A stretch of 64,000 nt of DNA from Gaiellaceae bacterium (GCA_035546715.1 DASZWI010000131.1:35465-99464); one strand, 5' to 3'; positions 50,724 through 60,218 are shown, counted from the stretch's first letter. Notes: generated by a model from the letters alone, not told the origin. Numbers and translations are program-made.

Positions 50724-52691
50724 ATGGACATCTCCGAGTACCTGCCGATGTTCCTCGCGGAGGCGCGCGAGCACCTCCAGGGGCTGAACCTGGCGGTCGT
50801 GCGCGTCGAGGAGGACCCCGCCGACCGCGAGACGGTCGACGAGATCTTCCGCGCCGCGCACTCGCTGAAGGGCATGTCGGCGACGATGGGCTTCGCCGGC
50901 GTCGCCGCGCTGACGCACGAGATGGAGAACGTCTTCGAGCTGCTGCGGCAGCGCAAGGGCGGGCTCGAACGCGAGGCGATCGACGTGCTGCTCGAGTGCC
51001 TCGACGCGCTCGAGGCGGCGGTCGACGCGATCGACGCCGAGGGCTCCGAGAACCTCGACCCGGCGGCCCTGATCGCGAAGCTGCAGCGGCTGATCCGCGA
51101 CCGGGACGCCGAGGAGGACGAGGCGCCGGCCGAGACCGCCGCGGGCTCCGCCGCTCCGGACATCGAGGTCGACGGCCCGGTCGTCGTCGTCAGGGCGACG
51201 CTCGCGGAGGACGCGATGATGCCGGCCGTCCGCGCCTTCCAGGTGCTGGCCGCGCTCGGCGAGCACGGGCGCGTGCTGCGCTCCACGCCCGCCGAGGACG
51301 CGCTCGACGACTTCTCCGGGTCCGTGGTCGAGGCGTGGCTCGAGACCGAGCTCGAGGCGGAGGCGATCATCGCCGCCGTCTCAGCCGTCCCCGACGTCGC
51401 CTCGGCGACCGCCGAGGACGCCTCGGTCGCGGCCGAGGCCGAGGCCGACGCGGCCGAGCCCGAGCAGGCGGGCGACGGCCAGGAGCGCGCCGGCACGCAC
51501 GCGAAGAAGTCCGCGTCCAGCACGGTTCGCGTCGACGCCGACCGCCTGGACGTCCTGATGCACCTGATGGGCGAGCTCGTCGTCCACCGCACCCAGGTCG
51601 AGTCGCTCGTCTCGCAGGCGAACGTGCCCGGCCTGGCGCAGGCGGTGCAGGACCTGACCCGCAGCTCCCAGGCGCTCCAGGCGATGGTCATGCAGGTGCG
51701 GATGATCCCGGTCGACGCCGTGTTCCTCCGCTTCCCGCGGCTCGTCCGCGACCTGTCGTCGAAGCTCGACAAGAAGGTCGAGCTCGTCCTGACGGGCCGC
51801 GACACGGAGCTCGATCGCACCGTGGTCGACGCGCTCGGCGATCCGCTCGTCCACCTCGTCCGCAACTCGCTCGACCACGGCATCGAGCCTCCCGAGGTCC
51901 GCGCCGCCGCCGGCAAGCCGGAGACGGCGACGCTCGAGATCGCGGCCCGCCACGCCGGCGGCAACGTCGAGATCAGCGTCTCGGACGACGGGCGGGGCAT
52001 CGACCCGGCCGCCGTTGCCCGCAAGGCGCTCGACCGCGGTCTGATCGGCCCCGAGCAGCTCGAGGGCTTCGACATGCGCGCCGCGATCGAGACGCTGTTC
52101 GCACCGGGCTTCTCCACCGCCGAGGTGACGAGCGACATCTCCGGTCGCGGCGTCGGCATGGACGCCGTCCGGACGACGATCCGCGAGCTCGGCGGCGAGG
52201 TCGTCCTCAACTCGACCCCCGGCCAGGGCACCGTCGCCCTGATCCGGCTGCCGCTCACCCTGGCGATCATGTCGACGCTGCTCGTCGACGCGGCCGGCCG
52301 GCCGTTCGCGATCCCGCTCGACCGCGTCGAGCGCACCCTGCGCATCGCCGACCACGTCGTCCGCTCCGTCGCCGGTCGCGCGATGCTCGTCGAGCGCGAC
52401 AACGTCTTCCCGCTCCTCGACGCCGCGGCCGCCCTCGGCCACCAGGCGGCGACCCCGCCGACGCACGCCGTCCTGGTGCGGTCGGGCGACGCGCGGATCG
52501 CGCTCGCCGTGGAGCAGCTCGTCGGGCAGCGCGAGCTCGTCACGCGCCCGCTGCCGCCGGAGGTCGCCGACTCGGCGGCCGTCTCGGGCGGCGCCGTCCT
52601 CTCCGACGGGTCGATCGCCCTGATCGTCGACTGCGACGCCCTCTCCCAGCCCCCCGTCAGCCGTCACGAGACCATGGCCCGCGCCGCGTAA
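50724..52691 (+). CDS. cheA: Chemotaxis histidine kinase CheA
   Basis: ATG 50724 after AAGGAG. 655 aa. HPt motif FRAAHSLKGMSATMG, N-box HLVRNSLDHGIE, G-boxes DDGRGID / GRGVGMD, and a CheW-like C-terminal domain. Confidence 0.96.
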   Translation: MDISEYLPMFLAEAREHLQGLNLAVVRVEEDPADRETVDEIFRAAHSLKGMSATMGFAGVAALTHEMENVFELLRQRKGGLEREAIDVLLECLDALEAAVDAIDAEGSENLDPAALIAKLQRLIRDRDAEEDEAPAETAAGSAAPDIEVDGPVVVVRATLAEDAMMPAVRAFQVLAALGEHGRVLRSTPAEDALDDFSGSVVEAWLETELEAEAIIAAVSAVPDVASATAEDASVAAEAEADAAEPEQAGDGQERAGTHAKKSASSTVRVDADRLDVLMHLMGELVVHRTQVESLVSQANVPGLAQAVQDLTRSSQALQAMVMQVRMIPVDAVFLRFPRLVRDLSSKLDKKVELVLTGRDTELDRTVVDALGDPLVHLVRNSLDHGIEPPEVRAAAGKPETATLEIAARHAGGNVEISVSDDGRGIDPAAVARKALDRGLIGPEQLEGFDMRAAIETLFAPGFSTAEVTSDISGRGVGMDAVRTTIRELGGEVVLNSTPGQGTVALIRLPLTLAIMSTLLVDAAGRPFAIPLDRVERTLRIADHVVRSVAGRAMLVERDNVFPLLDAAAALGHQAATPPTHAVLVRSGDARIALAVEQLVGQRELVTRPLPPEVADSAAVSGGAVLSDGSIALIVDCDALSQPPVSRHETMARAA

Positions 52692-52736
52692 GGCGCTCGC
52701 CGATCGAGCCGACCACTCATTCGAAAGGACCAGAAG

Positions 52737-53327
52737 GTGAAGATCTACTCCGAACTCGAGCTCGACGCCCTCCGGGAGCTCGCCAACATCGGCTCGGGCA
52801 CCGCCGCGACCGCCCTGTCGCAGATGCTCGCCCGCACCATCGACGTGTCGGTCCCGACGGCGCTCGCCCTGCCGCTCAACGAGGCGGTCGAGACGGTCGG
52901 CGACGCGGAGCTCGTGGTCACGGGCGTCGTCCTGCCGGTGTTCGGAGATCTCGACGGCCTGACCGTCCTCCTGTTCGAAGAGCACGACGCGAACCGCGTC
53001 TGCGAGCTCCTCGGGGTCGAGCCCGAGTCCGAGTTCGCCGTCTCCGCGCTCGCCGAGATCGGCAACATCCTCTGCTCCTCGTACCTCGGGGCGATCGTCT
53101 CGATGACCGGCCTGCGGATCGAGCCCGGCCCGCCGCAGACCGCGTGCGACATGCTCGGCGCGATCGTCGAGTCGGTGCTCGCGATCGGCGCCCAGTCCAA
53201 CGACGTCGCCCTGCTGCTCGACTCCGACATCCGGATCGAAGGCGAGGAGTCGTCCTTCACGTTCATGCTCGTTCCCAGTACGGCCGGCGTCGCCGAACTG
53301 CTCGCCCGGCTGGGACTCGGCGCGTGA
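52737..53327 (+). CDS. cheC: CheY-P phosphatase CheC
   Basis: 196 aa. Two D/S-x3-E-x2-N sites (DALRELAN, SALAEIGN). Confidence 0.85.
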   Translation: MKIYSELELDALRELANIGSGTAATALSQMLARTIDVSVPTALALPLNEAVETVGDAELVVTGVVLPVFGDLDGLTVLLFEEHDANRVCELLGVEPESEFAVSALAEIGNILCSSYLGAIVSMTGLRIEPGPPQTACDMLGAIVESVLAIGAQSNDVALLLDSDIRIEGEESSFTFMLVPSTAGVAELLARLGLGA

Positions 53328-53827
53328 CGGTGGCCACGGAGACCATGGTGAGGATGGGCGAGCTTGCGGCATCTCGCTCGGCGGGCGACACGCTCGTCGC
53401 GATCGGCCTCGGGTCGTGCATCGGCCTGGCGCTGGTCGACCGCGCGCGGTGCGTCGCGGGGCTCGCCCACGTGATGCTGCCCGAGTCGTCCGGCGCCCCC
53501 GACGCCTCGGCCCGCTGCAAGTTCGCGGACATCGCCGTGCCGGCGCTGATCGACAAGGTCGTCGGGCTCGGCGCGGCGCCGAGCAAGCTCGAGGCCGTGC
53601 TCGTCGGCGGCGCCCGCATGTTCGCGTTCGGCGGCTCGTCCCTCGACATCGGCGCCCGCAACGAGGAGGCCACGCTGGCCCAGCTCGCCGACCGTCGCAT
53701 CAAGGTCGTCGCCAGCGCCACCGCCGGCACCAAGGGCCGTACCGTCCGCGTCCACGTCGACGGCTGCCGTGTGGTCTCGAAGGAGGCCGGCGGCGTCGAG
53801 GAGCTCCTCTTCGGAGAGGCCGCGTGA
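53324..53827 (+). CDS. cheD: Chemoreceptor deamidase CheD
   Basis: GTG 53324 (GTGA overlap). 167 aa. LVAIGLGSCIGLAL..GLAHVMLP. Confidence 0.9.
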   Translation: MTVATETMVRMGELAASRSAGDTLVAIGLGSCIGLALVDRARCVAGLAHVMLPESSGAPDASARCKFADIAVPALIDKVVGLGAAPSKLEAVLVGGARMFAFGGSSLDIGARNEEATLAQLADRRIKVVASATAGTKGRTVRVHVDGCRVVSKEAGGVEELLFGEAA

Positions 53828-54801
53828 GCGAGGTCCTGTCCAACGACCAGATCGCGGCGCTCGTCGAGGCGGCGCGCGGCGGTCAGATCCCCGAGTCGAA
53901 GGCGCAGACCTCGGCCCGGCGGCCGAAGCGCGTCCGCGAGGTGGACTTCACGCGTCCGACGAAGTTCACCCAGGACCAGCAGCGGCGGATCAGCCGCGGT
54001 CACGAGGGCTTCTGCCGGGCTGCGACGACGCAGCTCTCGGCGGAGTTCCGCACCACGGTGCAGCTCGAGGTGATCAACGTGGACCAGCAGACCTGGTCGG
54101 CGGCCCTGAACGAGATCCCGCAGCCTTCGCTGTTCGGCATCGTCTCGACGGCGACGGGCGGCCCGCTCCTGCTCAGCATCGAGCAGCCCGTCGTCGCGAC
54201 GATGATCGAGTGGCTGCTCGGCGGCGAGCAGGACGGCAAGGCGTTCGACCGCGACCTCACCGAGATCGAGCTGACGATCGCGACGCGCATCTTCTCGACG
54301 GTCGTCAGCCAGCTCTCCCGGGTGTGGCAGGAGCTCCTGTCCACCGACCTGGCGCTCGGCCGCGTCGAGACGCAGGCGTCGAACGTCCAGCTCGCGCCGA
54401 CGAGCGAGCCCACGCTCGCGATCACGATCGAGATGCAGGTCAACAAGCAGTCGGCGACGATGTCGCTGCTCCTGCCGCACCGCTCGGTCGAGGCGTACCT
54501 GACCGAGCTCTCCACCGGCCACTTCGGCGACCCGACCGACCACGGCGCCGACGCCGAGGTCGAGCAGATGGTGCGCGCCGCCCTCCGCGGCATCGACGTC
54601 GAGGTGCGCGCCGAGGTCGGCTCGACCGAGCTCACCGTCGACGAGGTGCTCGCGCTCCAGGTCGGCGATCTCGTCAAGCTCGGGCCCGCGGCGTCCGGCA
54701 GCACGCTCTACGCCGACTCCGTGCCCATCCATCGTGCGCGCCCCGGCCGCAGCGGCACCCGCCGCGCGGTCGAGGTCCTCGAGAGGATCGATCCCGAATG
54801 A
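53824..54801 (+). CDS. fliM: Switch protein FliM
   Basis: GTG 53824 (GTGA overlap). 325 aa. N-terminus SEVLSNDQIAALV (the LSQxEIDALL-like CheY-P binding peptide). Confidence 0.93.
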   Translation: MSEVLSNDQIAALVEAARGGQIPESKAQTSARRPKRVREVDFTRPTKFTQDQQRRISRGHEGFCRAATTQLSAEFRTTVQLEVINVDQQTWSAALNEIPQPSLFGIVSTATGGPLLLSIEQPVVATMIEWLLGGEQDGKAFDRDLTEIELTIATRIFSTVVSQLSRVWQELLSTDLALGRVETQASNVQLAPTSEPTLAITIEMQVNKQSATMSLLLPHRSVEAYLTELSTGHFGDPTDHGADAEVEQMVRAALRGIDVEVRAEVGSTELTVDEVLALQVGDLVKLGPAASGSTLYADSVPIHRARPGRSGTRRAVEVLERIDPE

Positions 54802-55697
54802 GCGCCGCCCTCAGGCAGCTGGGCGAGTCGACGGCCGAGGCCGTCGCCGGCGTGCTCGGCGCGCTGGCGCCCGGCGAGGTCGAGCGCGGCGCGGTCACCG
54901 TCGCCGGCGCGGACACGGATCCGCTCGCGGGCATCCGCGCGCCGGTCGTCGTCGCGAGCGTCTCGTACGTCGACGGCGTCACCGGCGGCAACCTGTTCGT
55001 CATCGGCATCGCCGGGGCCAAGCGGCTCGCCGCCTCGATGATGGGCCTGTCCGAGCCCGAGGACATCGAGGGCGAGCTCAGCGAGCTCGAGCTCTCGGCC
55101 GTGTCCGAGGCTGCGAACCAGATGATGGCGGTCGCCGCCGGCGCCACGAGCAAGGTCCTCGGCGAGGAGGTCGAGATCGGGGTCCCGCAGACGCAGCTGC
55201 TGGCGTCGGTCGAGGAGGTCGAGGCGCTCTACGAGAAGACGCCGCACCAGGCGCACGTCGCCTTCACGATCTTCGGCGAGTCGTGCCGGCTCGTCCAGCT
55301 CGTCCCGAACGCGTTCGTCGTCCGCATGGGCCGCGCGTTCGACCAGCAGGCCGGGGCGCTGCTCGTCGACCACGACGTGCCCGGCCCGGCCGTCGACGGC
55401 GGCGGCGGCGATGTCCTGCGGGGCGTCTCGCTGCGCGTCTGGGCCGAGCTCGGCCGGGCGACCCTGCCCGTCGGGCGGGCGGTCGGCCTCGCGTCGGGCT
55501 CGATCGTCGAGCTCGACCGCGCCGTCGACGATCCCGTCGATCTCTTCGTCAACGGACGGCGCTTCGCGTCGGGCCGCCTCATGCTCGCCGACGACGGCGA
55601 GTGGGCGGTCCAGATCGACGAGATCGCCGACCCCGCTGACGCTTCTGCTCCTGCTTCAGCTTCAGCTGGTCCACCCATCCAGGAAGGAGTTCGCTAG
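54798..55697 (+). CDS. fliY: Switch protein FliY (CheC-like domain + FliN C-terminal domain)
   Basis: ATGA overlap. 299 aa. SAVSEAAN site and C-terminal SpoA/FliN domain LRVWAELGRATLPVGRAVGLASGSIVELD. Confidence 0.9.
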   Translation: MSAALRQLGESTAEAVAGVLGALAPGEVERGAVTVAGADTDPLAGIRAPVVVASVSYVDGVTGGNLFVIGIAGAKRLAASMMGLSEPEDIEGELSELELSAVSEAANQMMAVAAGATSKVLGEEVEIGVPQTQLLASVEEVEALYEKTPHQAHVAFTIFGESCRLVQLVPNAFVVRMGRAFDQQAGALLVDHDVPGPAVDGGGGDVLRGVSLRVWAELGRATLPVGRAVGLASGSIVELDRAVDDPVDLFVNGRRFASGRLMLADDGEWAVQIDEIADPADASAPASASAGPPIQEGVR

Positions 55698-56057
55698 ATG
55701 GCCCGCGTTCTCGTCGTCGACGACGCCGCGTTCATGCGCAAGATGGTCAGCGACGCACTCGCCGGAGGCGGCCACGAGGTCGTCGGCGAGGCGTCGAACG
55801 GTGTGGAGGCGTACGACCGCTTCCAGGAGCTTCGTCCCGATGTGACGACGCTCGACATCACCATGCCGGAGAAGGACGGCCTGGCGGCCCTGAAGGACAT
55901 CCTGTCCTTCGACCCGACCGCCAAGGTCGTGATGTGCTCGGCACTCGGCCAGGAGGCCAAGGTGCTCGAGGCGATCAAGGGCGGGGCGAAGGACTTCGTG
56001 GTGAAGCCCTTCCAGGCCGACCGCGTCCTCGACGCGGTCTCGAAGGCGCTCGCCTAG
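55698..56057 (+). CDS. cheY: Response regulator CheY
   Basis: 119 aa. VLVVDDAAFMRK..DVTTLDITMPEKDG..KPF. Confidence 0.95.
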   Translation: MARVLVVDDAAFMRKMVSDALAGGGHEVVGEASNGVEAYDRFQELRPDVTTLDITMPEKDGLAALKDILSFDPTAKVVMCSALGQEAKVLEAIKGGAKDFVVKPFQADRVLDAVSKALA

Positions 56058-56131
56058 ATCGTTCGCCCGAGACGGGGCGCCGCATCGCACCGCAACGCGG
56101 GCGGAGCGGCGCCCCAACGGCTCACGAGCTC

Positions 56132-56149
56132 GACGGGACGGCTCCCGTC
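56132..56149 (+). terminator. Stem-loop after cheY
   Basis: GACGGGA-cggc-TCCCGTC followed by TCT. Preceded by a longer GGGGCGCCGC..GCGGCGCCCC hairpin (56074-56115). The T-tail is weak. Confidence 0.3.
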
Positions 56150-56190
56150 TCTAAGGTGGAGATGCCCTCCGCCGAAGAGAAGGAGCCTCG

Positions 56191-56553
56191 ATGACCCGCC
56201 GCCTCGTCCCGCTGCTCGCCGCCGCCTGCGCGGCCTCCGCCCTCGCCGTCGCCGCCTCCGCGGAGGCGCCGCCGATCGGCCCGCTCCCCGAGCCGGCCGT
56301 GACCCACGTGACGACGACCAGGGGCTCGCTCGTCTCGATCGCGCTCCCGCGCCGGGCCGGCTACGACTGGCGCATCGCCGGTGCGCTGAAGGCGTCGGTC
56401 GTGCAGGAGCAGACCGAGGGCGACGTCGGCCCCGACGTCGTGCTCGTCTTCCGCACGGTCGGCAAGGGCACCGCGACGATCACCGTCGCCCAGACGAGAG
56501 GCGAGCGCCCGAAGGCCTACCGCGCGGTGCGGTACGTGATCGTCGTTCGATAG
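56191..56553 (+). CDS. Secreted small beta-rich protein, possibly chagasin/I42-like protease inhibitor
   Basis: Signal peptide (LVPLLAAACAASALAVAASAEA). The GYDW and FRTVGKGTATITV..RGERP motifs are loosely I42-like. Confidence 0.45.
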   Translation: MTRRLVPLLAAACAASALAVAASAEAPPIGPLPEPAVTHVTTTRGSLVSIALPRRAGYDWRIAGALKASVVQEQTEGDVGPDVVLVFRTVGKGTATITVAQTRGERPKAYRAVRYVIVVR

Positions 56554-56925
56554 TCGAGAGAGGGGCACCTTCGGTTCCCCTCCCAAACCCTCCCCTTCGA
56601 CACGTGCAGCTCGGACGGCCGTACGGACCGGGACGCCACACGAGACGGTCTGCTGCGGCTCACGCCCGAGCAAGCCCGGGCGCTCGCGCAGGGGAGTCCC
56701 TTCGGTGGGCGTGGGTGCCGGGCCGGTCTTGACTTTGTGTTGACTCAACACAAGGTGGCTCGGGTTCGGCCCTCGCGGGCGCGTCGGGGGTCTGCGCGAG
56801 GCGGTTTGGTGTGGCTCGGGGTGGTCTCGGAATGGGCTCGCGCCGGCTCTTGGCGGCTCGCTCGACCCTCGTACCTGGTACAGCGCTCGCCGGGGGCCTG
56901 CCGGACGCCGGGGTCTCGCGGAGCG
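56554..56925 (+). repeat. Intergenic repeat copy 7 (most complete: A + middle + B + extension + half C)
   Basis: A hairpin at 56558-56584, B palindrome GACTTTGTGTTGACTCAACACAAGGT at 56731-56756, GTACCTGGTAC at 56871-56881, then GGGGTCTCGCGGAGC. Confidence 0.8.
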
Positions 56926-56940
56926 CTACCGTCCCCGGCC

Positions 56941-57333
56941 GTGTCTTGGGAAGCCGTTTCGCTCGCGTTCCTCGGCTCGCATCTGGCGGGGGACTTCCTG
57001 TTCCAGACGGACTGGCAGGCGCGCCGCAAGCACGCCGGGCTCGGACGCGACTCCGTCGCGCGGCGCGCGCTCGGGACGCACGTGCTGACCTATCTCGTCG
57101 CGTTCGTCCCGGCGCTCGTCTGGCTGGCGTCCGGCCTCGGCGCGTGGAAGGCGGTCGGCGTCGCGGCGCTCGTCGCCGTGCCGCACCTCGCGGTCGACGA
57201 CCGGCGCGTCGTCGAGCTCTGGGTGCGCCGCGTCAAGCGGGCGCCCGAGCTCGCGCCCGAGGTGCAGATCGCGGTCGACCAGTCCTTCCACGTGCTCTGC
57301 CTGATCGCCGTGGCCCTGCTGGTCTCGCTCTGA
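56941..57333 (+). CDS. DUF3307-like membrane protein
   Basis: GTG 56941. 130 aa. SHLAGDFLFQTDWQARRKH matches the H..DF.LQ....K motif. Hydrophobic segments present. Confidence 0.6.
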   Translation: MSWEAVSLAFLGSHLAGDFLFQTDWQARRKHAGLGRDSVARRALGTHVLTYLVAFVPALVWLASGLGAWKAVGVAALVAVPHLAVDDRRVVELWVRRVKRAPELAPEVQIAVDQSFHVLCLIAVALLVSL

Positions 57334-57365
57334 CGGCGCGCTCTCTGGCATATGATCGGCACTCC

Positions 57366-57779
57366 ATGAGCGCACCCGTCGACTTCCTCCGGCACGTGCC
57401 CCTGTTCCGGGGCCTCACCGACAAGCAGCTCGAGATGCTCGCGCGCAGCTTCACGGAGCGGACGTTCGCGGCCGGCCGCGAGCTGACCACCGAGGGCGCC
57501 GGCGGCGTCGGGTTCTTCGTCATCGAGAGCGGCGAGGCCGTGGTGACCGTCGACGGCGAGGAGCGCCGGACGCTCGGCGCCGGCGACTACTTCGGCGAGC
57601 TCGCCCTGCTCGACGGCGGCTCTCGCACCGCGACCATCACCGCGACCTCCGACGGCCGCGCCTGGGGGCTCGCCGCCTGGGAGTTCCGGCCGCTCGTCGA
57701 GCAGAACGGCGCGCTCGCGTGGCCGCTGCTCGAGCAGCTCGCGAGCCGCATCCGCGAGCTCGAGAGCCGGCTCCGCTAG
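57366..57779 (+). CDS. Cyclic-nucleotide-binding domain protein (no HTH)
   Basis: 137 aa. FLRHVPLFRGLTDKQLEMLA..GDYFGELALLDGGSRTATITA. Confidence 0.85.
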   Translation: MSAPVDFLRHVPLFRGLTDKQLEMLARSFTERTFAAGRELTTEGAGGVGFFVIESGEAVVTVDGEERRTLGAGDYFGELALLDGGSRTATITATSDGRAWGLAAWEFRPLVEQNGALAWPLLEQLASRIRELESRLR

Positions 57780-57789
57780 CCGGGTCCGG

Positions 57790-58065
57790 TCAGGCGAGCC
57801 CCGCCGACGCCTCGGCGAGCGCGCGGTCGCGATCGGTGATCCCGCCTGCCGAGTGGGTCGACCAGCGCAGCGTCACCTTCTTGTAGGCGATCCGGATGTC
57901 CGGATGATGGTCTTCGGCCTCGGCCAGGTCGGCGACCCGCCCGACGAACGCGATCGCCTCGCGGAACGACGGCAGCTCGAACGTCTGCTCCAGCGCGCCG
58001 TCGACCTCGTCCCAGCCGGCCATCCCGATCCGAGTATGCACCCGATCGGTAAGGACCTGCGGCAC
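57790..58065 (-). CDS. Pterin-4-alpha-carbinolamine dehydratase (start may be ATG 58023)
   Basis: FREAIAFVGRVADLAEAEDHHPDIRIAYKKVTLRWSTHSAGGITDRD is the PCD/DCoH signature. Confidence 0.85.
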   Translation of the reverse strand: MPQVLTDRVHTRIGMAGWDEVDGALEQTFELPSFREAIAFVGRVADLAEAEDHHPDIRIAYKKVTLRWSTHSAGGITDRDRALAEASAGLA

Positions 58066-58082
58066 TGCGACACGAATGAGAT

Positions 58083-58760
58083 GTGAACGAGTTGCTGCTC
58101 CCGTCCGCGAAGATGCCCGCCATGACGAAGCCGTCCTCCACCGACGCCTCCTCCCGCGACTGGCTGCGCGACCTGCGCGCCGACGACCCGGTGCGGGAGG
58201 AGGCGGTGGCCCGGCTGCGCAGCCTGCTGCTGCGCGCGGCCCGGTTCGAGGTCGCGCGGCGGCGGCCGGCGCTGCCCCAGCTCGGGGGCGCGGAGCTCGA
58301 CGACCTGGCGCAGGAGGCCGCCGACGACGCGACCGTCTCGGTGCTGCGCCGGCTCGACGACTTCCGCGGCGAGAGCCGCTTCACGACCTGGGCGTACAAG
58401 TTCGCGTTGCTCGAGGCGGCCGTGAAGGTGCGCAGGCGCGCCTGGCGCGGGCGTGAGCTGCCCGTCGAGCCGGACACGTGGGGCAGCTTCGAGGACCCCG
58501 GCGCCGGGCCGGAGGAGCGGGCCGAGCGGGCGCTGCTGCTGGCGGCGATCCGCGAGGGGATCGCGACGGCGCTGACGCCGCGCCAGCGCCGCGTGCTCGT
58601 CGCGCTGGCCCTCGACGGCGTGCCCATCGACGTGCTCGCCGAGCGGCTCGGGACCAGCCGCAACGCGCTCTACAAGTCCCTCCACGACGCGCGCCGGTCG
58701 CTGCGCGCCCACCTGGAGGGAAACGGATTCACACGCGACGGATCCACGGGAGGCTGGTGA
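58083..58760 (+). CDS. ECF-type sigma-70 family factor (start uncertain)
   Basis: Region 2 (..DDLAQEAADDATVSVLRRLDDFRGESRFTTWAYKFAL) and region 4 (LTPRQRRVLVALALDGVPIDVLAERLGTSRNALYKSLHDAR). Confidence 0.85.
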   Translation: MNELLLPSAKMPAMTKPSSTDASSRDWLRDLRADDPVREEAVARLRSLLLRAARFEVARRRPALPQLGGAELDDLAQEAADDATVSVLRRLDDFRGESRFTTWAYKFALLEAAVKVRRRAWRGRELPVEPDTWGSFEDPGAGPEERAERALLLAAIREGIATALTPRQRRVLVALALDGVPIDVLAERLGTSRNALYKSLHDARRSLRAHLEGNGFTRDGSTGGW

Positions 58761-59005
58761 TGGGATCGTCCGACCTGAGCCTGACGCTGCTCCGCCTGCT
58801 CGGCCCGGCGGAGTCCGAGCTCGACTGCGACGAGTGCTTCGCGGTGCTCGACCGCTACGTCGAGCTGCAGCTCGGCGGCGTGGACGCCGACCGCGCCGTC
58901 CCCGGCATGCACGCGCACCTCGCCGGCTGCCCGGCGTGCGCCGAGGAGCACGAGAGCCTGCGCGCCCTGCTCGAGCTCGACTCGATGGAACCCGGCGCGT
59001 CCTGA
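58760..59005 (+). CDS. Anti-sigma factor with zf-HC2 motif
   Basis: ATG overlaps the sigma stop by 1 nt. 81 aa. HAHLAGCPACAEEHE fits H-x3-C-x2-C. Confidence 0.7.
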   Translation: MGSSDLSLTLLRLLGPAESELDCDECFAVLDRYVELQLGGVDADRAVPGMHAHLAGCPACAEEHESLRALLELDSMEPGAS

Positions 59006-59057
59006 CCGGCAGCCCGACCAGCAGCGCATCCCGAGACAGCGAGGAGGAGACCGACCA

Positions 59058-60218
59058 GTGCAGACGACCCGGTACCTGATCGTGGGCGGCGGCATGACCG
59101 CCGACGCCGCAGCCAAGGGGATCCGCGAGCGCGATCCCGACGGCCCGATCCTCCTCGTGTCCGCCGAGCCCGACCCGCCGTACGCCCGCCCGCCGCTGAC
59201 GAAGGATCTCTGGAAGGGCAAGGACGAGGCGAAGATCTGGCGCGGGACCGACGCGCTCGAGGGCGTCGAGCTGCGCCTCGGCCGCCGGATCGAGTCGCTC
59301 GACCTCGCCGCCCGGCGCGCGACGGACGACGCCGGCGAGGAGATCGCGTGGGAGAAGCTCCTGCTCGCCACCGGCGGGAGGCCCCGCACGCTCCCCGGCG
59401 CCGGCGAGGGGATCGTCTACTTCCGCACGCTCGCCGACTACCGCCTGCTCCGCGAGCGGGCGCGCGAGGGTGCGCGCGCCGTCGTGATCGGCGGCGGGTT
59501 CATCGGCTCCGAGCTGGCCGCCGCGCTGTCGTCCGCCGGCTGCCGGGTGACGATGGTGTTCCCGGAGGACGGGATCGCCGCCCGGATCCTGCCGGCGGGG
59601 CTCTCGGCCTTCGTCAACGACGTCTACCGCGAGCACGGGGTGGAGGTGCTGGCGGGCGAGCTGGTCTCGGCCGCGGACGGCGGCTCCGTCACGCTCGGCG
59701 ACGGGCGGCGGCTCGAGGCCGACATCGTCGTGGCCGGCCTCGGGATCGTCCCGGACGCCGGGCTCGCGCAGGCTGCGGGCCTGGCCGTGGACGACGGGAT
59801 CCTCGTCGACGAGCTCGGCCGGGTCGAAGGACACGACGACGTCTTCGCCGCGGGAGACGTGGCGCGGTTCCCGAGCCCGGTGCTCGGCGGCACGTTCCGC
59901 GTCGAGCACGAGGACCACGCGAAGTCGCATGGGAAGCTGGTCGGCCAGAACATGGCCGGCGCGGGCATGCCGTACGACCACCTGCCGTTCTTCTACTCCG
60001 ACATGTTCGAGCTGGGCTACGAAGCGGTCGGCGAGGTCGACTCGCGGCTCGCGACGCGCGAGCGGTGGGACGAGCCGAACCGCAAGGGCGTCGTCGCCTA
60101 CGTCGACGAGGGCGACCGTCCACGCGGCTTCCTCTTCTGGAACGTCTGGGACAAGGTCGACGCCGGCCGCGAGCTCATCCAGGGCGGCAAGCCGATCGGC
60201 GAGGAGCTGGTTGTCTAG
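59058..60218 (+). CDS. FAD-dependent pyridine nucleotide-disulfide oxidoreductase (ferredoxin-reductase/AIF-like)
   Basis: 386 aa. YLIVGGGMTADAAA, VVIGGGFIGSELAA and FAAGDVA motifs. Confidence 0.85.
   Translation: MQTTRYLIVGGGMTADAAAKGIRERDPDGPILLVSAEPDPPYARPPLTKDLWKGKDEAKIWRGTDALEGVELRLGRRIESLDLAARRATDDAGEEIAWEKLLLATGGRPRTLPGAGEGIVYFRTLADYRLLRERAREGARAVVIGGGFIGSELAAALSSAGCRVTMVFPEDGIAARILPAGLSAFVNDVYREHGVEVLAGELVSAADGGSVTLGDGRRLEADIVVAGLGIVPDAGLAQAAGLAVDDGILVDELGRVEGHDDVFAAGDVARFPSPVLGGTFRVEHEDHAKSHGKLVGQNMAGAGMPYDHLPFFYSDMFELGYEAVGEVDSRLATRERWDEPNRKGVVAYVDEGDRPRGFLFWNVWDKVDAGRELIQGGKPIGEELVV

Noticed and set aside
5851-56925. The dispersed repeats as a CRISPR array, or as protein-coding genes (ORFs such as 5843..7270, 7267..7518, 46305..46982 and 56122..56751 run through them).
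   Set aside because: The copies are 100-370 bp long, irregularly spaced tens of kb apart, in both orientations and without spacers. The ORFs crossing them give repetitive GEPEVPLP-type peptides in different frames and strands, which is a by-product of the repeat. No cas genes or transposase are present.
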